Shown: positions 12,962 to 25,404 of the stretch, piece after piece
How positions within the stretch are numbered: position 1 is the first letter of the stretch
How the letters are laid out: each line of letters opens with the position of its first letter
NCBI GenBank assembly: GCA_951406725.2
Contig: OX597823.1
Coordinates: forward strand, 30,814,001-30,878,000
Source of the DNA: Octopus vulgaris
Taxonomy: Eukaryota
Length of the DNA stretch: 64,000 nucleotides
Direction of reading: 5' to 3'
Notes under the pieces: generated by a model
Database searches by the model: none
Seen by the model: only the letters and a program-made list of their open reading frames with translations
What the model was told of the DNA's origin: nothing
Translations under genes and position numbers: made by a program

Positions 12962-13392
12962 TAAATAGGGTTAAGCAACAAGTTGCTTAGCCACATATCG
13001 AAAATTTAGAAATAGCAGTCAAAAACCGCTTATTCCTATTTACTACAAATATAGCACTACATATAACGTTTACTTGCAACTCACATATGCAAAAAGAAGG
13101 GAAAATAACGAAAACAAACAGTCATCGGTCAGTTGCGGACGCGTTTCTGGGTTAGAATTATAAAAAACTCATTCCCGTCCATACTTCTTGCACTGAAGAG
13201 TACAGTGATTTAATTTAATCTAATTAATTTAATTAATTCTATTCAACCATGAATTCGCATGATATTTATATCACTACGAAACGATCGTCTGCATGAATTA
13301 AAATTCTCTTATATATCTTAACATCTCTTCTCTATTTTTATCAAAATTGTTGAGTTTTATGGGATTTCTTAGCATAAATTCACATCACACGA
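12962..13392. mobile_element. Short PLE-terminus-derived cassette in (TA)n with back-to-back hammerhead motifs
   Basis: The left arm (12967-13147) is homologous to the PLE terminus at 21422-21606 (TTTAGAAATAGCAG, GAAAATAACGAAA, GGACGCGTTTC). The right part holds a plus-strand hammerhead. (TA)n on both flanks. Confidence 0.65.
13186..13297 (+). ncRNA. Type I hammerhead ribozyme (PLE-type, palindromic stem III)
   Basis: Stem I TTCtTGCA/TGCAtGAA; core CTGAAGA (13193-13199); stem II GT(ac)AGTGAT...ATCACTAC with a long AT-rich loop; GAAA (13278-13281); palindrome ACGATCGT; GTC cleavage triplet (13287-13289). Confidence 0.75.
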
Positions 13393-14074
<682 letters not shown>

Positions 14075-14354
14075 TATATACGCAGTGAAGCTATACAATA
14101 GCGTCGTATTTATTACGATTGCTATTTTCCAGTAAATATCGGTGCCTCGTTGTTCCATTTATTTACTTTTTTATATATATATATACACATACAGAGAGTG
14201 GGTGAGAGAGAGAGTGAGAGAAATAACCACTTTTACGTTTAAATATGTTGTTTGCAATATGTCTAAATGTTTAACCATCCACGTTTTAATTAGATCTATT
14301 CCAAGTCATCGAAAACTACCGTGGCATTAACTTCATGTATAAACAATATATAAC

Positions 14355-14428
<74 letters not shown>

Positions 14429-15073
14429 GAGTTTAATTTCCGACATCTTTTATCTTTTAATCAGGAGAGAAGTAAGCGCTCTTGACACCCACACACTCTT
14501 GACACGTCACAGCGCCTCGAGATTGGGTGGGAGGGTAAGAGGGAGACGGAACCCAAGATACTAGGCTGGAATGTTAAACTGAGCAACGTTTTAAATCTAC
14601 CACCCAAGTCGGCCATGGTGGGATTTGAACTTAGAACGCGAAGAGCCGGGATAAATACCAAGAGGTATCTGGTTTGACGTTCCTACAAGTTTGCTTATCA
14701 GCCGCTTTCAGTTGGTACTTTTTTCATAATCTTGAAAGTGAATTGGAATCAACGCTCCGACGTTCTAATAACTGTCGTGTCTCTCTTTTTGTCTCAAAGC
14801 CGTAGGGCGCCTGTGTCATCCATGTTTTTAACCGTTACTGTCTCCAAAAAAGATTTTTCGTTTCATGTTCGTCTCTGTTGCGTTGCATTCTTTCCTTCTG
14901 TGGCTGGCTGATTCAGAGCGGATCTCAGAATTAAACAGCCGAAATCTGCGATGAGGGATCAGTTTCTGACTGAAGAATGAAGGCTTTGAATGACCCGTTT
15001 GTCTTTTTGTTCGTCCCTTCGTGTATTTCACGTTATTTATTTATGTAAAGGTTTATTATCTATCTATCTATCT

Positions 15074-15206
15074 ATCTATGTCCGTCTGCCTATCTGTCTT
15101 CTGTCTGTCTGTCCATCTATCCGTCCGTCCGTCCGTCCGTCCGTCCGTCCGTCCGTCCGTCCGTCCGTCCGTCCGTCCGTCCGTCCGTCCGTCCGTCCGT
15201 CTGTCC

Positions 15207-15253
<47 letters not shown>

Positions 15254-15275
15254 CGTCCGACCATCTGTCTGTCTA

Positions 15276-15372
<97 letters not shown>

Positions 15373-15447
15373 GTCCGTCTGCCTATCTGTCTTCTGTCTG
15401 TCTGTCCATCTATCCGTCCGTCCGTCCGTCCGTCCGTCCGTCCGTCC

Positions 15448-15498
<51 letters not shown>

Positions 15499-15520
15499 CG
15501 TCCGACCGTCTGTCTGTCTA

Positions 15521-15591
<71 letters not shown>

Positions 15592-15600
15592 GTCTGTCTG
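15074..15600 (+). repeat. Tandemly duplicated compound tetranucleotide microsatellite
   Basis: The block CTATGTCCGTCTGCCTATCTGTCTTCTGTCTGTCTGTCCATCTATCCG-(TCCG)n-(TCTG)n-CCGACC-(TCTG)n-(TCTA)n occurs twice, starting near 15075 and 15368. Confidence 0.85.
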
Positions 15601-15649
15601 CCTGCATGCACACACGCACGCACACACGCACGCACACCTACACGCACAC

Positions 15650-15724
<75 letters not shown>

Positions 15725-15917
15725 TGCCTGCGTAAAATTGCAGTCTTCCGAATTCTACACCAATGACATTGTTGTGGCTAGAAAATACTCGCCCAAAATG
15801 ACGTTCCCTTGCAAATCGAAGTATTAATCACAAAGCGATAACTGAACCTATCAATAAATTTTACTTTGAATTAAGACAAAGACAATTAAATTCAACAGCG
15901 ACGATTATGCAACAATA

Positions 15918-16009
<92 letters not shown>

Positions 16010-16056
16010 AACTGCTACTGCTGCTGCTGCTGGTGGCGAAGGGTCATTAAGATAAT

Positions 16057-16601
16057 CCTTTCTGCTGGAAACACAAGGCCGGAATTTGAACTCAGAACGT
16101 AAAGGCAGACAAAATACCGCTGAGCATTTCGCCCGACGTGCTAACGTTTCTTATTTCTTCATTTCCCACAAGGGGCTAAACCTAGAGGGGACAAACCAGG
16201 ACAGACAAACGGATTAAGCCGATTACATCGATCCCAATGCGTAACTGGTACTTAATTTATCGTGCCCGAAAGGATGAAAGCAAAGTCGACCTTGGCGGAA
16301 TTTGAACTCAGAACGTAACGGCAGACGAAATACCACTAAGCATTTCGCCCGGCGTGCTAATCTTTCTGCCAGCTCGCTGCCTTGAAGAAATATTCTTTTC
16401 TATTCTAGGCACAAGGCTCGAAATTTTTGAGGAGGGAGCCAGTCGATTAGATCGACCGCAGTACGCAACTGGTACTTAATTTATCGACCCCGAAAGGATG
16501 AAAGGAAAACTTAACCTCGGCTGCATTTGAACTCAGAACGTAATGACAGATCGCTAAGCATTTCGCCCGGCGTGCTAACGATTCTGCCAGATCGCCGCCT
16601 T
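16057..16601 (-). mobile_element. SINE family 1 cluster (three units)
   Basis: Repeated head GGCGAGCTGGCAGAAACGTTAGCACGCCGGGCGAAATG...GAGTTCAAATTCC (tRNA A/B boxes) and core GCCTTTCATCCTTTCGGGGTCGATAAATTAAGTACC, with two alternative tails. Confidence 0.9.
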
Positions 16602-17069
16602 AAAGGTCATTAAAATAATAAAAAGCGGGTTATTTAAATCTTCCCGGTCTGCTCCAAATGAAAATGTGATGGGTGTAGGGGGGTCAGGGGTGGTCAACGC
16701 TTTGGTGTCAGTTGAAGACTGTGTTTACAGAGTCAGATTTGGAAATAAATAAACAAGACCATACTTACACACACAAACACACACACACACACACACACAT
16801 ACACACACACGCATACACAGTGCGTGTATATGCGTATGTATGAGTGTGTATGTATATATTATATATTTATGTATACATACTCACACACACACATATATGT
16901 ACACATGTGTGTGTGTGCGTGTGTGTGTATATATGTATTTATATGTCTTTACAAATGCGTATACATACATGAATGTAGGTAGACGTACACACAAATATTT
17001 AGAAAGAAGAAGAAGAAGAAGAAGAAGAAGAAGAAGAAGAAGAAGAAGAAGAAGAAGAAGAAGAAGAAG

Positions 17070-17102
<33 letters not shown>

Positions 17103-17593
17103 ACAGAAATTAAAAGACTAATTTTTAAAAAAAATGTGAGAATTAAAACCGCAGTTTCGGTTTATTATCTTTAAGAAGTATATTTGGAACGGTTCTGTGG
17201 AATTGGTTAAATCTGAAGTAAAACGACGCCAAAGCTATAAACAACAACAGCAGCAGCAGCACTAGCAGCAACAGTGACAAAAACAACAACATTAACAAGA
17301 AGAACAAATCTACTTTCTGCATTTAAATGTTATTAAGGAGAATTTGGAGAACGTGTGTGTGTATGTGTGTGTATGCGTGCGCGCGTGTGTATGTGTGAAA
17401 TATTATTAGCAAAACTAAAGAGTATATGTAATGAAACTAGAGCACTAATACGAACATTAAATGACAGCAATAATAATGATGATGATGATGATGATGATGA
17501 TAATAATAATAATAACAATAATGATAAAAACAACAAGATGTAATAATAATAATAATGATAATAACAACAACAACAACAACAACAAGAGAGCAA

Positions 17594-18500
17594 CAAGATG
17601 TTGACAAAGCCCTTACCCATCAATGGTTAATGGCTTCTGGCTTAAAATCAGAAACAGAAGGGTTTATCATAGCAGCCCAAGATCAATGCCTACCTACAAG
17701 AAACTACCAAGCAAACATATCAAAGAACGGCAGGTGCCCAACATGTCGTGTATGTCGACAACAAAATTAAACCATTGATCATGTTGTCTTCAAGTGCAGT
17801 CTTCTTGCACCTACAGAGTATCTCAACAGGCATGATAGAGCAGCACAATATATTCACTGGGTAATTTGCAAAAATCTGGAACTGTCCCTTGATAAAAACT
17901 GGTGGGAACACAAACCACTTCCATTGCTTGAAAATGATCACATCTCACTCCTCTGGAACTTCACCATTCAAACTGACAGAAGGATAGATGCGAATAGGCC
18001 AGACATTATATTGAAGGACTTCAAACAAAAATCATGCCTCCTCATTGATATGACTATCCCAATCGATATAAATCTATCTGTCAAGATCTACCAAAAACTG
18101 AGGAAGTATAAAGATCTTGAAATAGAAATTGGCAAATGTGGAACCCGAAAACTAAAACAAGACCTGTTATCATAGGTGCCCAAGGAATGATAGCAAAAGG
18201 GGCTGATTCCTACCAAGCTCAGATACCAGGAAACCCCAAAATGGCAGAAATTCAAAAGATGGTGCTCATGGGAACTACCCATATCCAACGTAAAATAGTG
18301 TCTATATAACCTCAAATTTTAAAACAAACTCATTATTTTCTTATGTTTCCTTAAACATTCTCTAGAACAATACTACGTATAAAACCAAATATATGACACC
18401 CTAGGCATAACACCAACATGAACTTCTAACTTGTCTCTGAGTGAGACTTGGAGCCAGCTTGTACAGATACAAAGCAAAAGTCAAACATATAATGATAATA
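17594..18500 (+). mobile_element. R4/Dong-like non-LTR retrotransposon, 5'-truncated, decayed copy
   Basis: Near-identical to the 3' part of 52601-54683: DKALTHQWLMASGLKSETEG, CRVC, RPDII, KYKDLEIE and the 3' UTR end GCAAAAGTCAAACATA. Carries in-frame stops and a frameshift. Flanked by (TAA)/(CAA) repeats. Confidence 0.92.
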
Positions 18501-18692
18501 CTTGCCACTGTAGGAACAAGGTCTGAAATTTTGGGGGAGGCGTAAGTCGATGACATCGACCCCAGTACTCAACTGGTACTTAATTTATTGACTCGAAAAG
18601 ATGAAAGGCAAAGTCGACCCCGGCGGAATTTGAACTCAGAACCGTTAAGCATTTCGCCTGGCGTGCTAACGTTTCTGCCAGCTCTCCGTCTT
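18501..18692 (-). mobile_element. SINE family 1 copy
   Basis: Core and head match family 1, with an internal deletion. Confidence 0.8.
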
Positions 18693-18736
18693 AAAAGCAG
18701 CAACGTTAATAACAACTGTAATTGCAACAATAACAA

Positions 18737-18771
<35 letters not shown>

Positions 18772-18999
18772 ACAGCAGCAGCAGCAACAACAGTCTGTAA
18801 AAACCAAAAAGGTAAACATTAAAAACCAATCCCACAATTGGATAAAAAATTTCTTTGTTTCATTTCCTTTCTCTCCCCCACCGCTCTCTCTCTCTCCCTC
18901 TCTCTGCCTGGGTCTCTTTATTTTTCTGTCTTTCTCTGTGTCTCTTACCATATCATTAATCCCTTATAAGTGGTTAAATAGACTAGTTAAGTAAGAAAC

Positions 19000-19540
19000 G
19001 CGGGAGTCATACGACAAGCGTTGTCATGGTAATTCTTATGAGAAAAGTAGGAAGTGACATCACAAACGTTCTGATGTTAAATCGTGTCAGAATCACTGGG
19101 AGTCAGATCACAACCGTTTCATCGTGACTCTTGTCAAAAATATTGGAAGTCACAACATAAAAACATATAAAAATCGAGTCGTGACCATTGTTAGGTCTAC
19201 AAAGAGTTACGTCACAACGTTTTGTTATTATTCCTGTCCGAAACACAGTGAGTCACCCTACAAACGTACATTCGACGACTCCTGTCAGAAACACCGAATC
19301 GACATCACAAGCGTTCTTTTGGTGACTCCTGTCAGAATCAATGGGAGTCACAGCAGAAAGGTTCACGTCATAAACTCTTGTCGGTAGGGTGGGGGAACTG
19401 TGACTTTTATCACAAATATTATTACGGTGACAGCTGTTAGAAAGACTACGGGTCACACCAGAAACACTCTCATAGCGACTCCAATCAGAATCATCACATA
19501 TGGGAGTCACATCACAAATGTTCTGACAACGACTCCCAGT
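19000..19540. repeat. Diverged minisatellite, unit about 47-50 bp, with internal dyad
   Basis: About 10-11 units resembling GGGAGTCACATCACAAACGTTC...GTGACTCCTGTCAGAATCA. Units start near 19002, 19050, 19098, 19145, 19203, 19248, 19296, 19343 and 19502. Confidence 0.75.
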
Positions 19541-19683
19541 TGATGTGGTACTGCATAAACTATGTCTGGGCAAATAAAAAATAAAATGTGACGGGATGGT
19601 CACAACTGGATTGTTTGCTTGATCAGACTGAACAAAATTAAGCATCAACTGCATTTGTTCTGTTTTCAGTTGTGTGTACCATG

Positions 19684-20212
19684 GCACTATAATTCAATGT
19701 TACTAGGACACCTTTGCCAGGACAATAAAATTCAACGTTGCAAGGGCATTATAATTCAATGTTGCTTGGACACTGTTACCAGGAAACGATAACTTAACGT
19801 TGCTAGGACATCCTTGATAGGACATTATCTTTCAATGTTTCTATGACACCATCGTTTAATATAGCTATGATGGTGTAATTCAATGTCGCTAGAACACTGT
19901 TGCTAGGACATTATTTTTCAATGTTGCTGAGGACACATCCTTCTTTGTAACTGCAACACTGCCATCTGACTTAATTCAATGTTGCTACAACACTATAATT
20001 GAATGTTGTCAGGACATTATTGCTAAGGTATTTTGCTAGAATACTATCGAAGTTATTGTGATACTATACTCTATAATGCTATAACACTATCATTTTTATG
20101 GTGTTATGACGCTATAAATTCAACGTTACTTGAAGATTATCTTTCAATTTTGCTACAACACTATCATTTAATGTTGCCAAGACTCAATCTTTCAATGCTG
20201 CTAGGGGACACT
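19684..20212. repeat. Diverged minisatellite (about 22-bp unit interleaved with about 13-bp subunit)
   Basis: Recurrent CACTATAATTCAATGTTGCTAGGA and CACTGTTGCTAGGA units. Confidence 0.75.
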
Positions 20213-20877
20213 CCTCCATTATAAGCTGGTGTTCCGTTTGACGAAGGAATTAAAAAACATCTATAACCAATTCGGAGAATGGCGTTTTGACAGACAAAAG
20301 TCTGGTACAGCCCATGATCCGCCTTTACAGAAGTGTATACATCTAACGATATACATCTTAGATATAAACTTATAATATTTTATTACAGCGGTCATAACAC
20401 CAGCACTGTAGTCTGAATGGACTTGAAACGAATTAAAGTAAAATAAAGTGAACTGATATCAAATAAAATAAAAACGATATGAGGAATAGTAATGGTCGCT
20501 CAGTAAGATACAAGCAATGATAAGACGCGCGGATAATATTGCTAATACGTTATATTCTATCCATTGGTTGCAGACGATGGCGGGAGCGCGACTGAGTTTG
20601 GGCGGTAAAACAATCTTCGAAAGATATAGATGTGTGTTTGTTTAGAGTATTTTGTGAATACACTCAGCCAAGCGTATGGGTACTTGCAAATATGTACATA
20701 CATATACACACATACACCACCCAATCACTCGGATGCGTGTGCACACATGCGCATGCGTCATGCATATACACTCATACGCATAGGCATATGGACGCTATAC
20801 GCTAACACGCATGTATATACATTATACAAGCATTTTATTTTTTTCTGTGAATACGCTTTCCTTATGTAAGCAGCTGC

Positions 20878-20916
<39 letters not shown>

Positions 20917-21118
20917 GTTATATACAAAAATAGCTGAACATTAAATTCAAGTATTGGTAGGCACTTTTTTTTTATCGAGTACTATATTAATTGTCTTTAT
21001 ATTTACAAGGAAAACGTTGACAGTAGCTCCGAAGTTGCAGCTTTACACAAACACTCCCCACACGCACGTACACACACACATATATCTATATATGTGTGCG
21101 TATGTATATACATGTATG

Positions 21119-21170
<52 letters not shown>

Positions 21171-21174
<4 letters not shown>

Positions 21175-21329
21175 TTAATCCAAACATGAAAACACAAAGA
21201 GAAAACACGACAACGCGAGGACGTAGAACAGATATAGTATTATTGGACGCTCAGGAAGGAAGGGAAGAAGGAGGGTTTATGTTTCGAGCGGAGCTCTACG
21301 TCAGAAACATAGGAAAAGGAAAGATCCAG

Positions 21330-21336
<7 letters not shown>
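21171..21336 (-). mobile_element. PLE-tail cassette with minimal hammerhead (family E) in (TA)n
   Basis: Minus strand: GTTTCTGACGTAGAGCTCCGCTCGAAACATAAACCCTCC...CTGAGCGTCCAATAATACTAT...CCTCGCGTTG...GTTTGGATTAAC. Homologous to the copies at 32075, 32356, 35060, 39407 and 39690. Confidence 0.75.
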
Positions 21337-21401
<65 letters not shown>

Positions 21402-21414
21402 TAAATATATTTAT

Positions 21415-22680
21415 TATAATAAGGGTTAGGCAAAAGAATTTGCTTCACCACACACCGAACTTTAGAAATAGCAGCCAAAGAATCTAGTTATTTCTTCTAC
21501 TGTAAGAAACAACTCCCAGACAATATATACTCAAAAACATATCACGTAGGCAGAGAAAGAAAATAACGAAATTCACCCTGAATTTGATTAACTGTGGACG
21601 CGTTTCGAAATTAGATAGATATGAAAAATGCAGGAATCACATTTCCATTCTAATCACTTTTCTCTTCAGCACAGTATTTCAATATATTCTAAATTTGGTA
21701 GCACTGAAAGAACTGAACATACCTATCTGACTCCAGTAACATCAGACAAATTATATCCATGACCAGTACCGCCGAATTCAAAACATGCGAATGAGGTCCC
21801 GCATTCTCCCCCGTCCACCCACGTGTGTTGTCAAGCAAAAATTCTACAGAAAAAAAACTGTAGTTTATTATCAGGGAGAGAATTGTATTGTCAATAATAA
21901 TAATAAATATCATAACTGGTGTTATTGTATCTGAAAGAAGTGTTAGAGAAAAAGAGAGAAGGAAAGGAAGAAGGAGAGAAAGAAGAAAAAATTTGTTGAT
22001 GTCTTTGCAACTGGTCAGTTTGTCAATAACAATCAATTCTTGGCTTTTACCAATGGTAAATCCAGCTGGTCATTCCAAGGGGAGCCAAAAAGTCACTTTT
22101 CAAAAAATTGTCTGGATTTCCTTTTTATCATTGTCTTGTGAGAGAGGGTGTGTGTGTATGTGCGCGCGTGTGTGTGTGTGTGGGTGGGTGTCTGTGTATC
22201 TGAAAGGAGTGTTAAATGGGAAAGGGGAATGAAAGGAAGGAGGAGGAGAGAAAGGAGAAAAAATGTGTTTATATTTGTGCAACTAGTCAGTCTTTCAATA
22301 GTAAATGATTTTTGGCTTTTAGAAATTGGCAAACTCAGCTGGCCACTTCAAAGGGGGTAGAATGTCACTTCCCAAAAGATTGTCTGGATTTATTTTTATC
22401 ATTGTTTTGTGTGTGTATGTGTGTGTGTGTGTGTGTGTACGTGTGTGTGTGTGGGTGCCTGTGTATCTGGAAGGGGTATCGCTGGAGAAGGGAAGAAAGA
22501 ATAAAGAGGGGAAGAAGAAATAATTGTGTTGATATTTATACTACTGTTCAGTTCTTTCAATTCAATGTTTGATTCCTGTGCTGATATGATTGCTGGATGT
22601 ATGATTGCTTTTATTTATGTATATGTACATATTTATGTATATGTACAAAGAGAGAGAGAGAGAGTATATGTGTAGTACTG

Positions 22681-22719
<39 letters not shown>

Positions 22720-22990
22720 TTGTGTGTGTTTAATACAATTTACTTTACAAATTTGGTCCTTCATCTAGTACAACTTATAGAAGTATTTTCAGCCATTCAA
22801 TTTGAGGGAGAACTTTGTTATGAAGTATTTTTCCATATTCCTCCTGAATGAGGTGTCATTCTTTGGACATTTGTAGAAGGGAAAGATCTTAAATTTTCCT
22901 TCTCCACATGTATCTAGGTGTTTACTCAGTGGAATCTTGCGCAGTTCCTTCTGTCGAGCATGTTGTCAGTAAATTCTGGCTCGTTGGCAT
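21415..22990 (-). mobile_element. Penelope-like element, 5'-truncated (endonuclease C-terminus, repeated 3' region, hammerhead, terminus)
   Basis: 22980-22789 translates ARIY*QHARQKELRKIPLSKHLDTCGEGKFKIFPFYKCPKNDTSFRRNMEKYFITKFSLKLNG*, a PLE GIY-YIG C-terminal pattern (ExYFIxKFxxxLN). Downstream lie 2-3 diverged units of about 270-290 bp (21900-22570) and a same-strand hammerhead. (TA)n at both ends. Confidence 0.75.
21592..21674 (-). ncRNA. Type I hammerhead ribozyme with intact core
   Basis: Minus strand: CTGTG-CTGAAGA-GAAAAGTGATTAGA ATGGAAATG...CATTTTTCAT...TCTAATTTC-GAAA-CGC-GTC-CACAG. 5-bp stem I, extended stem II, palindromic ACGCGT stem III, GUC site. Confidence 0.82.
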
Positions 22991-23221
22991 ATATATATAT
23001 ATGCTATGTAACATTCAGTCTGCTAAAATGAATCCATAAACACATAAAATATCCAAGGATATATGTTTTCCCCTCTATAGATCATATGCTCAGGTCATAT
23101 AAATATAAATTTGATATTTACTTAATATATACTGAGTACTGAAACAGCTGTAAGTGAAGATGATTAATTTGCTGTCAATAATAAAAAAATAACTCCCTAA
23201 TATCCATTTTCGTTTTCTTCT

Positions 23222-23253
<32 letters not shown>

Positions 23254-23291
23254 CATACATACATACATACATGCATGCATACATACATACA

Positions 23292-23325
<34 letters not shown>

Positions 23326-23734
23326 CATGCATACATATGTATGTATGTATGTATGTATGTATATATATTTGATTTTTTGATTTGATTTTTCCAGTTTCAG
23401 CTAATGAGCTGTGGCCATGCTGGGGCACGTTTATATATGTATGTATACATACGCTTGAATACGCGTTGCCTAACTGTTAGTGTGTTAGAAATCCAATCGC
23501 AAGTTCGTTGCTCCAACCCATTCAATTGAAAATGAGAACAGCAAGGGTTGAGGGAGAAGGGTATTGTTGAACCTTGCGACAGACTGGATGAATTATTGTA
23601 TTGTCGGCTACTTGTGCACAATGAAAACCAAGGTAAGCTCTGACCAAATAAATCTATATATACATACATTTATGAATATATACACATACACGTGGTACAT
23701 TTGGTACCTAAGGGACAACGGTATAAACAATCGC

Positions 23735-23960
23735 GAGCTGGCAGAATCGTTAGCACGTCGGGCGAAATGCTTAGCGGTATTTCGGCTGCCGTTACGTTGT
23801 GAGTTCAAATTCCGCCGAGGTCAACTTTGCCTTTCATCCTTTCGGGGTCGATAAATTAAGTACCAGTTATGCACTGGGGTCGATGTAATCGACTTAATAC
23901 CTATTCTGTCCATGTTTTTCCCCTCTATGTTTAGCCCCTTGTGGGTAATAAAAAAATAGA
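23735..23960 (+). mobile_element. SINE family 1 monomer with 13-bp target-site duplication
   Basis: Full head, core and beta tail, flanked by TATAAACAATCGC at 23722-23734 and 23961-23973. Confidence 0.92.
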
Positions 23961-24496
23961 TATAAACAATCGCACCACCATATGGCGCATTTTAGTTGAA
24001 GCAACTGCATATATTGGACCGGTAACAATATGTAGTCTGAGCGTAATCCAAGCACTGCACATCCTGTCTGCAACTAACACCCCAAACTCAAGAGAGATGA
24101 CACTTGACTCCTTGCTCACATGCGGAAAAATTCAGTTTAAAATATTTAAACATACTCTTCCCCGCAGACGAACTCCATCTACATATAGGACAGTACTAAT
24201 CTCAAAGATGAATTTCTAATCAAAGGCATCCCGTCTTCATCCTTACCATAATAACCACTGCCCACTCCAGCATTATCCTAACCCCCACTGTCATTATAAC
24301 CCCCACCCCAATTTTTCAATGTCTTTATTATTATCATCTCTATCACCTCTTTCGGAACTGCCGTACGTAATAGCACGTATAAACTTTACACAACTAAGGA
24401 CGTAATCCCTTTAGCGGTATAACTATATCAGCCATCAATCACTATTTATACTATATCTGTTAGTCATCTCTATCGTTACTTACGTTCAACACTTTT

Positions 24497-24676
24497 ATTA
24501 CCCACACCTTATCGAAGGCGGAGGTATTGTTCTCAGTCGTGTTTGTTTCTTTGTTCGTGGACAAGATATCTCAAGAACCGCTGAATGGATTCGGATGAAA
24601 CTTTGGCCTCGTGACTGGCACGAACTGATTAGATTTTGGGATCGATCTGGTACCGGACAAGGATTCTTGATTATTT
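24497..24676 (+). mobile_element. Helentron-type non-autonomous element, 5' fragment
   Basis: Homologous to 50816-51005 (AAGGCGGAGGTATTGTT...GGATTCGGATGAAACTTT...GGACAAGGATTCT). Confidence 0.7.
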
Positions 24677-25404
24677 GTTATATCTACTTTACATGAAGTA
24701 TTACAACCATACGTTCACTTTCAAGTCTTTCTCTGATTATCTCTCTTGTTATTATTGCTATCATCTGATATTGTATCCTCATATAATCTCCCCATTTGAT
24801 TTTTTACTTTTGATATTCCTCGCTTTCTTTTGTCCAATCTTAATTTACTTATTTGACTTGTATTTTATCTAAATTTCTTTTTTAGTCTTTAACTCCCGTC
24901 CGTTTTACTACATTTTTTTAATGTTTTCCCCGTTTTTTCTGTTTTTCTTTTATAATCATTATAATTTTTATGAACTCTTAAACAATATCTGTACATTCTC
25001 ATGTTCCCCGTTATGTTTTCATAATTTTTTTCAGATTTTTCTAATCATTTTTCCCAATATATTTTTTCAACATTTTTTCATCTTTTTTCTTATAATGTTC
25101 CTTATAATTTTATTTATATTCCCATCATTAGTTGTCCACTCCCCACACCATTTTGACTTCATTCTTATCTTATTCTATTTATGACTATTTGTTAAGGCTT
25201 TGTATTAATGACCAATCCTCGAAAATGACCCCATTTATTATGTTTTCATATCCTTCAATAATTTTCAAAACTTTATTCATACCCCTTTCAAATTTTCACG
25301 TGTCCCCAAAATTTTCTTGTATTATTATATATTTTGCCAATTATTCTCCTATTTAGCCCATTATTCTGCTGCTATCAAGCTTGGCTGTCATGCTATCGTA
25401 TATA

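Noticed and set aside
19000-20212. CRISPR-like repeat-spacer appearance
   Set aside because: The units are degenerate along their whole length, the spacers are mutually related, there are no cas genes and the context is eukaryotic.
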